Source: Blastocladiella emersonii ATCC 22665 (lineage: Eukaryota > Fungi > Blastocladiomycota). Taken from it: a stretch of DNA of 64,000 nt. Below the pieces are notes generated by a model. The model had not been told where the DNA came from and did not search any database. It saw nothing but the letters and a program-made list of their open reading frames with translations. Where the stretch lies: assembly GCA_025594325.1 (NCBI GenBank), contig JANHCV010000012.1, positions 434,001-498,000 on the forward strand, in the 5' to 3' direction. The position numbers and the translations under genes were made by a program. Numbering within the stretch: position 1 is the first letter of the stretch; each line of letters opens with the position of its first letter. Positions 21,747-33,949 of the stretch are shown here, piece by piece.

Positions 21747-23162
21747 TTACGATCGCTGCGGGCTCACGGGTTCCGCCTCGCCTCTTCTCCGCTGCGACAT
21801 GGACCGGCGGCGCTTCGCTGGGCTCGCGGTCCGCCCTCGGTCCGCTGAAGCCGCAGACCCGCTTCGCGCGGCGGCTGCCGCGGCCTTGTTGCCCATCTCG
21901 CGCTCGACGAGGCGCGGGCTGCGTCGTCTCGGGACCGACTCGCACGGCGCGACGGCGACGGCCGACGACTTGCCCGCGCTCGGCCCGCCGTCCTCATCGT
22001 CGTCCTCGACCTCAACGACGCGCTTCGCTTCCTCCGACGGCTGCACCACGACCTTCACCGGCCGCCCACCCGCGAGCGACCACGCGTAGAGCGCGGTCCC
22101 CGCCATGACGAGGGCGGCGCCGACGACGTGGCCCGCACCAAAGGGGTTTCGGAAGTAGGCGATGGAGAGGATGAGCGAGACGAACTTGCGCAGGGTGAGG
22201 AGCAGGTTGGTGGAGAGCGAGGAGGTGGTGGCGGAGACGCGGTGGACGGCGGCGATGCACAGGTACTGCGAGCCCGTGGTGAGGGCGAGGCCGGTCCACA
22301 GGTCCGGCAGGCCGAACAGCAGAGGGTTCGGGCGCGCGTGGGTTTGGTAGTAGGCAAGTTCCGCGCGCAGGTGGGGTGTCAAGAAGAGGAAGAGGGGGAG
22401 CGCGAGGCAGTGCTATAGGACGCGGCGGGTGGGTCAGTGCGGAGGCGGGGCAGTGGGTGGTGAGTGAAGCGTGCCGAGAAGAAGAGACTCTCGCGCCAGT
22501 GGCCGCCGTAGATGCGGTACGTTTCCTCCTGGTAAATCCCGAGGTACGCCGACAGGACGAGCGCGACAGCGAGCAGCGCGATCCCGATGGAAAAGTCGGA
22601 CAGCGCGGCGTCGGTCGGGACCGCGGACGAGACCGTCGCGAGCCTCGCAGACGTCTTCGTCGAGAGAATGACGCCGACGGTGACGAGCAGGACGGCGAGG
22701 TAGGCGGTGCGCGGGTACCTGCGGCGCAGGACGACGAGGTTCATGGCCATGCTGACGATGAGGCCGCCGCTGCGGAAGATGATGTGGACGGGCATGGGCA
22801 CGCGGTAGTTGAAGGCGAGGTTGTTGAGGACCGAGGTGACGGCGAACAGGAACACGATGGTGAACCACCGCGACCACGGGACGGCTGACCGGTGGACCGA
22901 GTACCGGTGCAGCGCCCACCGCGGTGTTTTTGGCGGGCGGTGGAGGAGAGTGGGGAGGCCGAGAGCGGTCGCGAACAGGAACTGCGTCACGGTGACAATG
23001 TGGCTACTCTGCGGGGCGTCGCTGCGGGGTGCGCGCTGCGGCCGTCAGCCACTGCTGGCGCTAGCGCTCAGTAGGGACGTACCGGACGAGCTGCTCGAGG
23101 AAAAAGACGTTGGAGCAGCACCCGCCGAACAGCAGCGGGACTCCCCACACGAGGTCCGTCAT
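21747..23162 (-). CDS. YEA4: UAA-family nucleotide-sugar (UDP-GlcNAc/UDP-xylose) transporter, YEA4/SLC35B4-like
   Basis: Motifs LFGGCCSNVF, LNNLAFNYRVPMPVHIIFRSG, ESLFFS/HCLALP, LTLRKFVSLILSI. Intron 2 (22413-22474) is GC-AG. Confidence 0.9.
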
Positions 23163-23511
23163 AGCGGGGCGGGCAAGTGTATTTCTGGCGCGCGTCGTGC
23201 TCGCGGGGGTCGAAAATAGGGTTCGTGGACAATAAACTTCAGCAAGTGCGGGAGAGCATTTACATGGGCATCTAGCGTTCTAGCGAGTGGGAGGGGAGAG
23301 AGCGTTGCGAGCGGCCGGCCCGCCCGAAAAAGGCGAGACGGAGACGCGCGGTCAAGCGCACGTGGGCGGCGCTTTTCATCCGAGCAGCGGGGAGACATCA
23401 TCCGCGTCCCTTCCCCCCTCTCCCCCTAACACGCAATACAAGTCGCTGCACTCGGCGCGATACAGCCTGCTGCACCCACTCGCACTTCTTGCTACGCACA
23501 CGCACACTTCC

Positions 23512-26500
23512 ATGGAATCGACCGATCGCGCGGTAGCGGCGCGCCACGATGACGGCCGCGCGCCCGCTCGCCGCACCAACGCCGTTGCGCCCTACGACGT
23601 CCTGTCCATTGGTGGCTCGACCGACGACGACGACGACGACGACGACGGGGACGAGTCCTTCTACGACGCGCGCGATGACGTGACGGTGCACTCGGCGTCG
23701 CGGCAGCAGAGCCCCGTCCTCGCCACCATCGCCTCGCTGCCCGAGCCCGTCTCTGATCCGCCACCAGCGGTAACGGCAGTACACGCTGCGCCCGTCTACG
23801 CGGCACCGCCCACCGGATCCATTACCGTGCTCACGGGCGGCCACCGCGTCGACTCGATCCCGACCCTCAACCTGACCCCCGACACGCCAATACGCGCCGA
23901 ACCTTTGCATGCGGGCGCCGTCTCGGTCGCGCACGTCGCCGCCGACGACGATGACGATGCACCGAGCGACTTGACCGAGGTCCCGCCACCACCACCACGG
24001 CCCGCGCCCGCGGCGTCGACCCGGTCTCCATCCCCCGCCGTCCCCGCGCGCCGCCCGCTTCCACCAACACCACTCGCCGTCGCGACCGCGAAACCGTCTA
24101 CCCCGCTCGCCGCTACGCCCGCTGCCCGCTCGCCCGGCGTCGGCGTCAGCGTGGTCCACGACCCGTTCCACCACCACCACTTGCCGCCCGATGCCGCCCA
24201 CGCGCCCGCGCACCCACCCACCAACATCCCGCACCTCCCGCCGCCCCGCTCGCGCGTCGACTCGACCACCACCACCGTGGGCTCCATCGCCTCGTCCACG
24301 GGCTCCGGCGCGCTGTCACGGCTCGGCCGCGGCCGCCGCCCGTCCGACGCGACCACCTGGTCGGGCGCCAGCAGCAATGGGAACGGCTCCGGGTGGAACA
24401 CGTCGCCTGACTCGACCGGCGCGCCTTCATCCACGTCCCCGACGACACTCGTCCGCGGGTACGACGCGTCCGATACGCGGAGCACGCGGAGCGGCCGTTC
24501 GTTTTTCACGCGTCTGCGGAAGCGGGTTGGCGGGAGCGATGATGGCGTGGGCCATGCGCCGAGTGTGCCGCCGCTGCCCGCGGACAAGGTCGTGGTCGGC
24601 CCGCACGTCCCGTCGCTCGGGGATAGTGCGGGCGCGTCGGCACGGCTCGCGGCGTGGGGCGCCGAGGGCGGGGATCCGCCGACGGATGACGATGGGGCGC
24701 GGCAGGCGCCAGTCAGCGCGGTCGAGGCGCTCGCGAGCGTCAATGTGCAGTGGCCACGGACGCGGGTACGGTTTCTCGCTCGCTGCTCAGAATAACGCAC
24801 GAAATAACACGATGAACGGTGTAGACGCGTTCCAAAGGCGTCAGCAAGCGGTGCTTCAACGGCATGGGCCTCGTGCAGACGCTCACCCCGCCGCCGCCGC
24901 CGCCACCCACCGACGCGTCCAAACCCGCCACCGCCGCCGCCGACCACGCCGCGGACCCGTCCCGCCCGCCACCGACGCTCGAGGCCGTGTGGACCGTGCG
25001 GTGGTCGCCGTGCGGCCGGTTCCTCGCGAGCGGCGGAAAGGACGGCGTGGTGCGCGTATGGGCGATAGTGGGACTCGACGGGACGCGCGGCGACGAGCCG
25101 TCCACTCCACCACCGCCCTCATCCGCGGCGCCCGGGTCCGACCTCGAGCCGCCGCCGCACCTGGTCGTCGACCGCCCGTGGCTCGAGTTCCGCGGGCACG
25201 TCGGGGACATTCTGGATCTCGCGTGGAACCGCGCCGGGTGCCTGGCGTCGTCGGGCACCGACAAGACGGTGCGCGTGTGGCACCCGAGCCGGCCCGACGA
25301 CGCGATCGCGGTCTTCACGCACGGCGACTTCGTGCCCGCCGTCGTGTTCCACCCGACCGACGACTGGCTGTTCCTGTCGGGGTGCTTTGACGGGAAGCTG
25401 CGGCTGTGGAGCCTCGACGAGAAGCGGCTCGTCGCGAGCGCGGATCTCGGGAACCAGTACGTGACGGCGGTCCAGTTCGCGCGCGACGGGCGGTGGGCGG
25501 TTGCCGGGACCTACGCCGGCACGCTCGCCGTCTACTCGACCGACGGGCTCGGGCTGCAGGGCCAGGCCGTGGTGCGGAGCAACTCGCGCCGCGCGCGCGT
25601 CGCGTCGGCGAACGCGCGCCCGTGTAAGATCACGGGCATCGAGCCGTGGCCCGACCCGGCCGGGTTCGGCGACAAGCTAGTGGTCGCGAGCAACGACTCA
25701 CGCGTCCGCATCATCGATACCGCGGACCTCCGCGTCATCGCCAAGCTCAAGGGGCACAGCAACCAGCACGCGCAGATCCGCGCCCATGTCACCGAGGATG
25801 CAAGGTGGGTCGTGTGCGGGTCCGAGAACGGGTGGGCGTTCGTCTGGGATACCCTCGGCGTGCCCGAGCTCCGCCCGTCGCCGTTTGGCGGGCACCACCC
25901 ACCCGTCTCGCCGACCGCCGGGTCCGCGATCCCCGCGCCCGCAACTTCCCACGGCAGCGGCGGCGGCGGCGGGGGGAACTCGCGGTTCAGCCGGCTCCGC
26001 ACCGCGCTCGCGTCGCCGTGGTCGTCAGGCAGCAACGGGTCCACCTCGCCAAACGGCTCCCTGTCCCGCGGCGGCGGCACCCACACCGTGCCGCGCAACG
26101 GCGCGACCCCGCCGCCCGCCACCACGATCACGGGCGTCGAGACGTTCCAGGTCTCGTCGTGCACCGTGACCAGCACGTCGATCGCCCCGCTCAAGACGCG
26201 CCTGCTCCTCGAGGCCGCGGGGCTCCTGCCCGCGCGCTGGGGTTCGGCGGACGCGGCGGGCGGGGAAGCCGGGTCAGGCGCCGACTGGACGCTCGTCGCG
26301 GCGTCCGACCAGGCCGGCGCGATCCGCCTGTTCATCAACCTCCCGCCCGCCGCGCTCGCGGTCCCGGTGCCCGCTGCAGCCGCGCCGGCGCCGGCAACGG
26401 CGAGTGGGACTGAGACCCCGTCCACGCGCTCGGGCACCGCGACGCCGACGGGCCGCGGCCCCACCGCCACTGGTGCCCCGTCGGGCTCGGGCACCATGGC

Positions 26501-26900
26501 CAGCACGCTGGTCCGCAGCATGTCGAGCCTCGCCGACTCGCTCAGGCGGTCGAGCTCGTCGATCCGCAGCGCGTCGCGCGGGCGCGTTGCCGCCGACGAG
26601 TCCGTCGAGCCCGTTCCGCCGTTGCCCGCGAGCAAGCGGTCGCTCGTCGCGTCGTCGGGCGAGAAGCTTCACCACCACCACGGCCACGACAACGAGGAGG
26701 AGGAATGGGATAACGACCTCGTCGAGGGCGCGGCGAACGAGCGGATCGCCGAGTGTCCGTACTGCGGCAGCTCGCAGTTCAAGGACCTCGTGGTCGCGGC
26801 GGACGGTGGAGGCGAGGCGGGTGGGCAGGCGCCGCGGATCGCGGTGTGCTGTCAGTGCATGCGCGTGGTACGCGATCCGGCGCATGTGCTCGGAATGTAA
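23512..26900 (+). CDS. WDR44/Dgr2-like WD40 protein with C-terminal CxxC...CxxC (intron 24766-24824)
   Basis: Motifs VWTVRWSPCGRFLASGGKDGVVRVW, FRGHVGDILDLAW, DKTVRVWH, FLSGCFDGKLRLW, LVVASNDSRVRI, KLKGHSN. Long disordered N-terminus. Confidence 0.85.
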
Positions 26901-26930
26901 GGGGCGTGCGTTGTATATAGACAGACTGGG

Positions 26931-27928
26931 TTACAGGAGCAGGTCTTCGAAATCATCCTCGGCGGCGCTCTCGTGGCGGTGCGACGCGGCGGATGATGTA
27001 GGGCGGTCGCGTCGCCCGCGATCCCGTGAGCGCGAGCCCTTGCTTTCGGAATCGCCGCGCGAGCGAGATCGGCGGCGGGATGAACCGGATCGAGACCGCT
27101 CGCGCTCGCCGCGGTCAGAATCGCGAGACGAGCGAGGCCGAGATCGCTTGCGCTCTCCGCGCTCAGGATCGCGAGGTGAGCGGAACCGACTGCGCGACCG
27201 CCTCCGACTCTCGGCGTCCTTCCGCTGATCGCGATTGCGTCTCGAGTCCTCCTCCTCGACCGACTCGCCGCTTTTCTTACGATCGCGGTCGCGGCGGTAA
27301 TGCAGCTTGTCCGAACATTTCGGGCATAGGCGCAGCTTGACGAGCGCGCGGTGCTCGGCGCCGCCGTCAGCTGGCTCGCGGTACCGGAACGGCACCTCCC
27401 AGCTCGTCAGGTCGCGGTCGCGCTTGCACGCCACATTGCCGCACGACCACTGGCCGCGGCCGTCGAGGACCTCGGGCTGCGTGCGCCAGCGCATCGCAAT
27501 CTACACGTGTGCGGCGGGTGAGCCCTTGCTCGTGTGGAACAGGCGACCGAAGCGCGTACCAGGCCCGTCTTGTACCGTGACATGTCACACAGGGCGTACT
27601 CCTTGAACAGGCGGTCGTAGTAGGCACGCGCGAGCTTGGCCTCCCACCGCTGCGTGTGCGAGAGGTGCGCGAGCGCCGCGTCATCCTCCTTGTCGTCGTC
27701 CTCGCGCAGGAACCGGTGGTGCCGCCGGATCACGTCCTCTTCGGTCGTGTAGTTGGCCGGCAGCGCATCGGCGGCTTCCCTGGCCGTGGCGAGCGCGCCC
27801 GCGCCGCCGTAGTACAGCACGTAGTGGTCAATGAACCGCCGGTGGCGGTCGTACTACGGCGAGTGGGTGTGGGTGTGAGCGGGCATAAGTTGCAGCAAGT
27901 CGCAGTGGCGGGTTCATACGGCATTCAT
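26931..27928 (-). CDS. FRA10AC1: FRA10AC1 spliceosome-associated protein (2 introns)
   Basis: Spliced product: MNA/YDRHRRFIDHYVLYYGG, WEAKLARAYYDRLFKEYALCDMSRYK, MRWRT..EVLDGRGQWSCG, WEVPFRY, ALVKLRLCPKCSDKL, and a C-terminal FEDLLL. Confidence 0.92.
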
Positions 27929-28060
27929 GGCAGGAGGGTGAGGACAGGGAGAACAAGAGTGTCTGGCCGCCGCGCCACAGCTGATCCGCACGCCGACTTC
28001 GCCACACTCGAATCGCCCTCTCTCGCTCCCCCCACACATCGCTCTCATAGACGCAAACGA

Positions 28061-29518
28061 ATGAACACGGTCTCAACGAGGGCCTGCAACTGCCCTACAT
28101 GCCCGCCACGACTTCCGTTCGACGTCGTTGAGGGCATTCTCGTCCACGTCGCACTTGGCCACCACGACGCATCTCCCAAGCAACTGTTCCAGTACCTGCG
28201 CGTGCTCCCTCGGGAGTATGCTCCGCGAGTGCACCGTTACGTCCTCCAGTGCCTCGGCGTAGACTGGGCGAGCGCGGGCGGCCACGTCCGCTTGTTGGAC
28301 GAGTTGCGCGTGTCGGGCGCGCCGCTTGTGTATACCGACAAGGCCATCACGAACGCATGGTCGAAGCGTCGCTACGAGTCTCTCGAGTGGTGGCGCGAGT
28401 CCGGGCTGCCGCTGAAACTTGGAACGCTGCCGCCGTCGGGGCTCCGCAAGGCCCTGCTTGGTATCACGACGCGCCCTGTCCCCAAGAAGCCAACGATGGT
28501 ACGCCCTGCTCTGACTCTACTTGCCGTACCAGTGCTAATACTCATCTCGTCGTACTAGATCCGAGGGTTCGAGGTAGCAGCTGACGGCGACCTGTTTGTC
28601 GCCCACGGCTACGACTGGATTGCGACCGGCACCATGCAGACCGTTGAGCTCAAGCTTGACAGTATGCGCTTCACCGAAGGCGGCGCTCGCCTGCTCGGCC
28701 GCGCGCTTGCCCAGCCAGGGTGCCGCATCACCGCATTTACTGCGACTTCGTGCGCCCTCACGCTTCCGATGCTTCGGCAGATGCTTGCCCATCGCTCAAT
28801 CTCGACCGTGACCCTGTCCGAACTTTCGTTCTGCTAAAAGGACGCGCCGCTTACTGGCCCATGGCTCCCTGACGGCGTCACGACGCTCAAGCTCAGCAAC
28901 GTGTTCCTGAGCCACGGGCGCGGGCTGTCGCAGCTGCCAACTTCCCTGACCACGCTTGAGCTCAACTGCACCGGACCGCTCAACGTGCTGCTTCCGCTCG
29001 CGGAGGCAATTCCGTTCCGCCTCGAAACGCTTTCAATCACGAGCGATTGCGTTGGCACTGCGACCATGGAAGCCCTCGCTAAACGGTTACCGCCGACCCT
29101 CAAGCATCTCAAGTTTGTCTTTTCCAACCCCGTCGCCGAGGCGTGCGTGGCCGCTTTAGCGCACGGACTACCGCGTGAACTCGTCTCGCTCAAGCTGCAC
29201 TTCATCAAGCACGTCCAGGGCGGCAAGAACGCCATGACGCCGCTCATGGCCGCGCTCCCGCTGACGCTTGAGCACCTCGAACTCTCGGGGTGCAAGCTGC
29301 GTGAACCTGATTTCGCGCTCATGGCGAGCTACATGCCGCCTCACCTGTCCCAGCTTTGTGTGTGCAACTGCGGGATCGAGGACGTGGGGCTCGACGTGCT
29401 CGTGCTGGCGCTTCCGCGAACACTGCGTCAGCTTGACGCAACGCGGAACGACCTCAAGTTTCAGCGTTGGCACCGCGAGCTTTCGAAACAGTTCCCAGGA
29501 GCGAGCTGCAAGGTTTGA
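28061..29518 (+). pseudogene. F-box-like/ankyrin-like/LRR gene with one premature stop (intron 28499-28558)
   Basis: Motifs LPFDVVEGILVHVA, VDWASAGGHVRLL, LEWWRESGLPL and LRRs. In-frame TAA at 28835-28837; the same frame resumes afterwards. Confidence 0.8.
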
Positions 29519-30121
29519 AGTTGATACCATAGTCGTGCGCCGACGTGTCTTGGAACACGTGTGTGGCGCATCGCGTCAGCAACGACGGGACAGCTTCCTG
29601 GGAAATTGAGGAGAAACCCTCTAATTCAGCATATAAACAGCGTGTATTCTCAGCTGTAGCTTTAGCGAAGCTGAGTTTCTGTGGGAGCAATTGAAACCTA
29701 TCAGGCACATCAACCTTGCTCTTGTGGTCACATGAGTGGCTCAGTGACCGTTTTCGATTTTCGTCGCGCGACGAGTTCCGTTGTTTTTCGCTTTCACTTC
29801 ATTCCGACCCCTGCAACGTAAATCTGGACTGTGCTTTGCCTTGTCCCCAACAGTTCGAGGCTGTTCACTTCGAGGGGAGCGAGGTCCTGTGCAGCGGTTC
29901 CCGTGCGCAGGCGCGACGAGACGGACCTCGCTCGAAACTGACTGTTCAGCATCACGTGACCTGACATCAATCCTGTCTGGCTGCATTTTCGCGCCCTCGG
30001 AAGCTCTCCCACTCCACGCCCGCTCGCTCGCGCTTGCCGCTGCTCGTCGACGCTCTTTGAGACCTCCTGTGCTGACCAGCCGACGGCTCCGCCTCCTTCG
30101 CAGGGCCCCAACGGTCCGCCC

Positions 30122-30778
30122 ATGTTCACGGCCGGTCCCTTGTCGCCCGCCAAGATGGTTCCCGGCGCTGCGGCCGCGCCCGCTGCGCTCGTCCCGCTCA
30201 TGGCCGCGTGCACCACCCGCTCGCCGACTTCCACCTCGGCGTCTGTCAACGCGCCGTCAGGCGGCACCACGTTGGGCAGCACCACGTCCGGCAGCGCCAC
30301 GACGCCGTCGGGACCCGCAGCGTTGGCCGTCGTCCAGGAGCTTGACATCAACCTGCAGGAGTGGGACGACGTCGGCAGCGAGTCCGACATGACCGTGGTT
30401 CCCGCGTCGTCGTCCGCCATGACCAAGAACAAGAACATCACCAAGATCGTTGTCAACTTGGAGGCCAATGAGGAGGTCGACGCCGACGAGGAGGAGAGCG
30501 AGTGCGAGTCGGGCCCGTCGCCGTCGTCAAGCCGCGCGCGCAAGGTGGCCACCAAGGCCAAGGGCCGCGACAAGAACAAGACGGTCAAGACCCCGCCGGC
30601 CTCGCCCACCAAGCGTACCCGCACGTCGGCCGTCAAGGGCAAGTCCGGCGCTGCCGTCCCTGCCGCCCAAGACGACAACAAGGCCGACAACGACGACTCG
30701 GCGACCCCGCCGGCCTCGCTGACCAAGCGCGCGCGTCGCGGTCCCGCCAAGGGCAAGGGCAAGGACCGCTCGGCCTGA
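30122..30778 (+). CDS. Low-complexity acidic/basic ORF carried inside the element
   Basis: 218-aa ORF with strong C/G-ending codon bias, an acidic patch, and a repeated TPPAS(P/L)TKR motif. Confidence 0.55.
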   Translation: MFTAGPLSPAKMVPGAAAAPAALVPLMAACTTRSPTSTSASVNAPSGGTTLGSTTSGSATTPSGPAALAVVQELDINLQEWDDVGSESDMTVVPASSSAMTKNKNITKIVVNLEANEEVDADEEESECESGPSPSSSRARKVATKAKGRDKNKTVKTPPASPTKRTRTSAVKGKSGAAVPAAQDDNKADNDDSATPPASLTKRARRGPAKGKGKDRSA

Positions 30779-31105
30779 TCCTGATCCTGTTCCTTCCTTC
30801 GTTTCTTTCGAAAATACTTCCGCTGTCTGATATATTCCAAACTCTTTTTCTTCCAACTGGTTACTACTCGAATTTGTGAGGTGCTCGTCGACTGGCGAGC
30901 TCAAAGAGTTTACCCCTGAACTCTGAGAACGCGTTTCAAAGACGCGTTGCGTGACGCGTCGCGTCGGCGCTCGCGTTCGTGTTCTCACAACTGTGACGCG
31001 CGACGCGCAACGCGAAGAGCCCTCGCTTCTCTGTGCTCTCTCCCAAACCCACAATACACTTGGTCAATCTCCATGTAAACTGCTAGCCGTGCTTGGTCTG
31101 CAAGG

Positions 31106-32186
31106 ATGCCACCTAAACAAACTTTGGCCGACATGGCCGTTCGCGGCCTCAAAATGCACCAACTTCTTGCCAAAAATCCTCAAGCTTCCGCACAGGAGGT
31201 TCGAGAAGCGACGGGCTTGCACGGGTCGTACCTCGTCAAGGCAGCGACTGAAGCATACCTGCAAGCTCAAGACCACCCACTTGCTCAACATATTATTGCG
31301 ATGAAGTCTCAAGGTGACGGCCTGCTTCACATCATAAGCACGACATCGCTACCCGCCAACGTGGTTCACTTGATCCTGGCAGTTCACCACGCTTCAACCC
31401 CAAGCGACGCTTCCAACGCGCAAGTTATCAGTTCGGACACAGGATCGACTGGTCACGGCACTTCTTCCTCGCGACCGAGCTCGCCAACATCTCCATCTCC
31501 TTCCCAATCAAGCGCCTCACCGCCGCAAGTTCCGCCTTGGCCAATGGATCTGAACCAGGAGCACCTGGAAGGTCTTCTCGGCGAGGCCTTGCACGCGCTA
31601 CAAGACGAAGCTGTACTTCACTCGGCTTGCGCAGTTTGCGGTCAGCTCTCGCCAAAGTCGACGTGCTCAACGACACCGATAGCCGACTTCCTCGCGGCTC
31701 ACAGCGAATTCCTTGCTGAAAAGGCGGATCACACGTGGAAGAAGTTCTGCGCGGGAAAGGAGGGATTCACGCGACCTCCAATCCGCGAAGAATTCCGTAG
31801 TGTTCCCCTTTGTGAGGACAGAGTTGATGGCGAGAGTATGTGCTGGTGTATCTTGCCAAAAACAACTCTGACAGTTGATCCGCTTCCTTGTAGACGTCAC
31901 CGTGTGCTCAACCTGCCTCACGCATCTCAATTCGAGTGACCCAAAGAAACGTTTGCCCGTTTCTTCGCTCATGAACTACGGCAATCCCGGAAAGAAACCG
32001 ACTCCGCTCGAAAATCTCACCCGCTTGGAGCAGATGCTGATAGCTCCGGTCCGAGTGCGAGTCTACGTCTACAAGTTTGGATTTGGCCGCGACAAACGAA
32101 CGCACCAAAGCTTTGTCAAAGGCAACGTCATCGCCTTCCGTCAGTCGACGCAGCACACAGGTAAATCCGCGCCGCTCACCAGCTAA
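31106..32186 (+). pseudogene. N-terminal part of the Helitron Rep-helicase gene (DUF6570-like; intron 31836-31893), truncated
   Basis: CAVCGQ ... spliced NVTVCSTCL, then PVSSLMNYGNPG, LENLTRLEQMLIAPVR and VKGNVIAF, the pattern typical of the region upstream of the Helitron HUH core. Confidence 0.75.
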
Positions 32187-32680
32187 CGATTCATAATAAC
32201 AGCATCGGAATCGTCAACGGGATGATGGGTAAGGTCGTCGGCTTTGCTGTCGATGAAGACGGCCAGATCAAGGCTGTCATTGTACGACCCGACCGCGACC
32301 TTCAGCGAATCCCAAAACTCAACGGAATCGACAAGTTGGGTGACATCCCCATCGAGCGTGAGACAATTAGCAAGATGGTCACCATTGACGGCAAGCGGTG
32401 GACCTTTTGGCGATCGCAGTTCCCCATTGAGCTGAGCTACGCGATCACGGCGCACAAGGCGCAGGGGATGACCCTGAACAAGGTCATTGCCGACTTCGGC
32501 GACCCCAAGCTCCCGCATCGTTTTCCTGCCCGGTACCCGTACATGGTCCTCTCTCGAGCGCGCAGGACCAAGGACATCCTCATCATCCGGTTCAACAGTC
32601 GGGTTCTCGTGCAGAAGGCATTACAGCACGTGGCGAAGGACATGAAGCGACTGTCCCTGCTGAGCAGGATTGAGAATTGA
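32183..32680 (+). pseudogene. C-terminal PIF1-like (SF1B) helicase fragment
   Basis: GIVNGMMG, SQFPIELSYAITAHKAQGMTL and YMVLSRAR (motifs V/VI region). Walker A/B motifs are absent. Confidence 0.88.
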
Positions 32681-33236
32681 TAAACTACTTCACTTTCACC
32701 AACTGAAACAGTCTCAAGAAGCCAAGTAAAGCTACAGCTGAGACCCAAGTGTGTGCGCAGCACACACACCTAGTGTATATGAAATGAATGAATGAATCGA
32801 TTGCCGTGGAAACGGAACGGTCCAATCACAGGCACGCCGGTCCGACGCAGCGACGAGACGCGCAACCGCGCCCAGCGCGAGTATTCTTGACCGCAGCACC
32901 CGCGTGAGCGACGCGTAGTTTTTCACGGCGCTCACGCGAGGGCTGCGCTCAATGAAACCGCACCGGGAGGTCGTGAGCTCGTAGCACGTCGTTGTTGGCG
33001 CATTCGGAGCCCATGTCGCAAACGCTAAAGCTCGAGGTGCCATGTCAATCCGCTAAGCTGACACGGCGAGATGGCTTTGGGATCGAGGTTAAGGTTATGA
33101 TGCTACATTGCGAGCGGGCTCGAGAATCAATGTCCGTATGGAAAACATCTGCCGCCACTTCATACCTTTACGCTAACACGGCAAACCCGCAAGAATGTGT
33201 GCGTGAGCGCCGTGGATGCACGACTGGTGAACTTCA

Positions 33237-33882
33237 CCGTGCACCAGCGCAGGCGGTCAAGCAGCGCGCCCGCGGGGATTGGCGTCATGTGCGTCGGCGG
33301 GGTCCCGCGCGCCTATGCCCCGCTCGCGTCCTCGTCGCTGTCATCGCTGTCGGCGGGCGACGGGCGCAGCGGGATCTCGTTGGCGGAACCGGCAGCGTGC
33401 AGTGACCACAGGCCCGTCGCGGGGATGGCCCAGTGCGCGAACATGTTGCACTGGTTGGGTGGCGCCGTGTACGCCGTCAGCGACCGGTGTGCGAGGTGGC
33501 GCTGGACCGTGGGTGGAGGCGCAGCGGGGAGGTACAGGAAGCCGGGGAAGCCTGGGAACGCGATGACGGGCGGTCGTGCGCCGTCACCTTGGATATCGAA
33601 GTCAGGAAACTCGGCGGCGAGCAGGTCGCGCGCGTTCGAGTCTATCTTCACAGCGACGGCGAACGGCGGCCGACCCTTGGGCACGTTGGGCGGTGCGCTC
33701 CAGTTCACTTCGCCTGCATTGTTCTCAGGATTCCACTGTGTCCAGTCAAACACCTCGGCGAGGTCGAGCGGCGCGTACCGCTGCTTGTACTTTCGCTTGA
33801 CGGCGCGGAATGGCGTCTGCCCCGCGATGCTCGCCGGGTCGGGCGCCTGCATCGCCATCATCTGCTTCTTCTTGCGACCCAT
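33237..33882 (-). pseudogene. ALKBH1: ALKBH1 pseudogene copy B (nonsense + 3' truncation)
   Basis: TAG at 33313-33315 (TAC in copy A). Similarity to copy A stops abruptly after LRWCT at about 33237. Confidence 0.88.
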
Positions 33883-33949
33883 AATGGGACGTTGCAGCAA
33901 GTTTACATGTGACCCATGGAAGCCATCGAATATATGGGTGGAGAATGGA

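Larger units (their letters stand above)
29647..32773 (+). mobile_element. Internally deleted Helitron-superfamily element with proto-Helentron-like ends
   Basis: 5' TT. Perfect 17-bp subTIRs at 29648-29664 and 32727-32743. 3' hairpin GTGTGTGC-GCA-GCACACAC (32749-32767). Terminal CTAG (32770-32773). Inserted between A and T with no TSD. Empty site at 9458/9459. Contains DUF6570-like and PIF1-like helicase fragments. Confidence 0.92.

Noticed and set aside
32161-32182. Functional 22-nt intron producing a DUF6570-helicase fusion
   Set aside because: It is far shorter than the other introns here (55-77 nt) and splicing would give an immediate stop.
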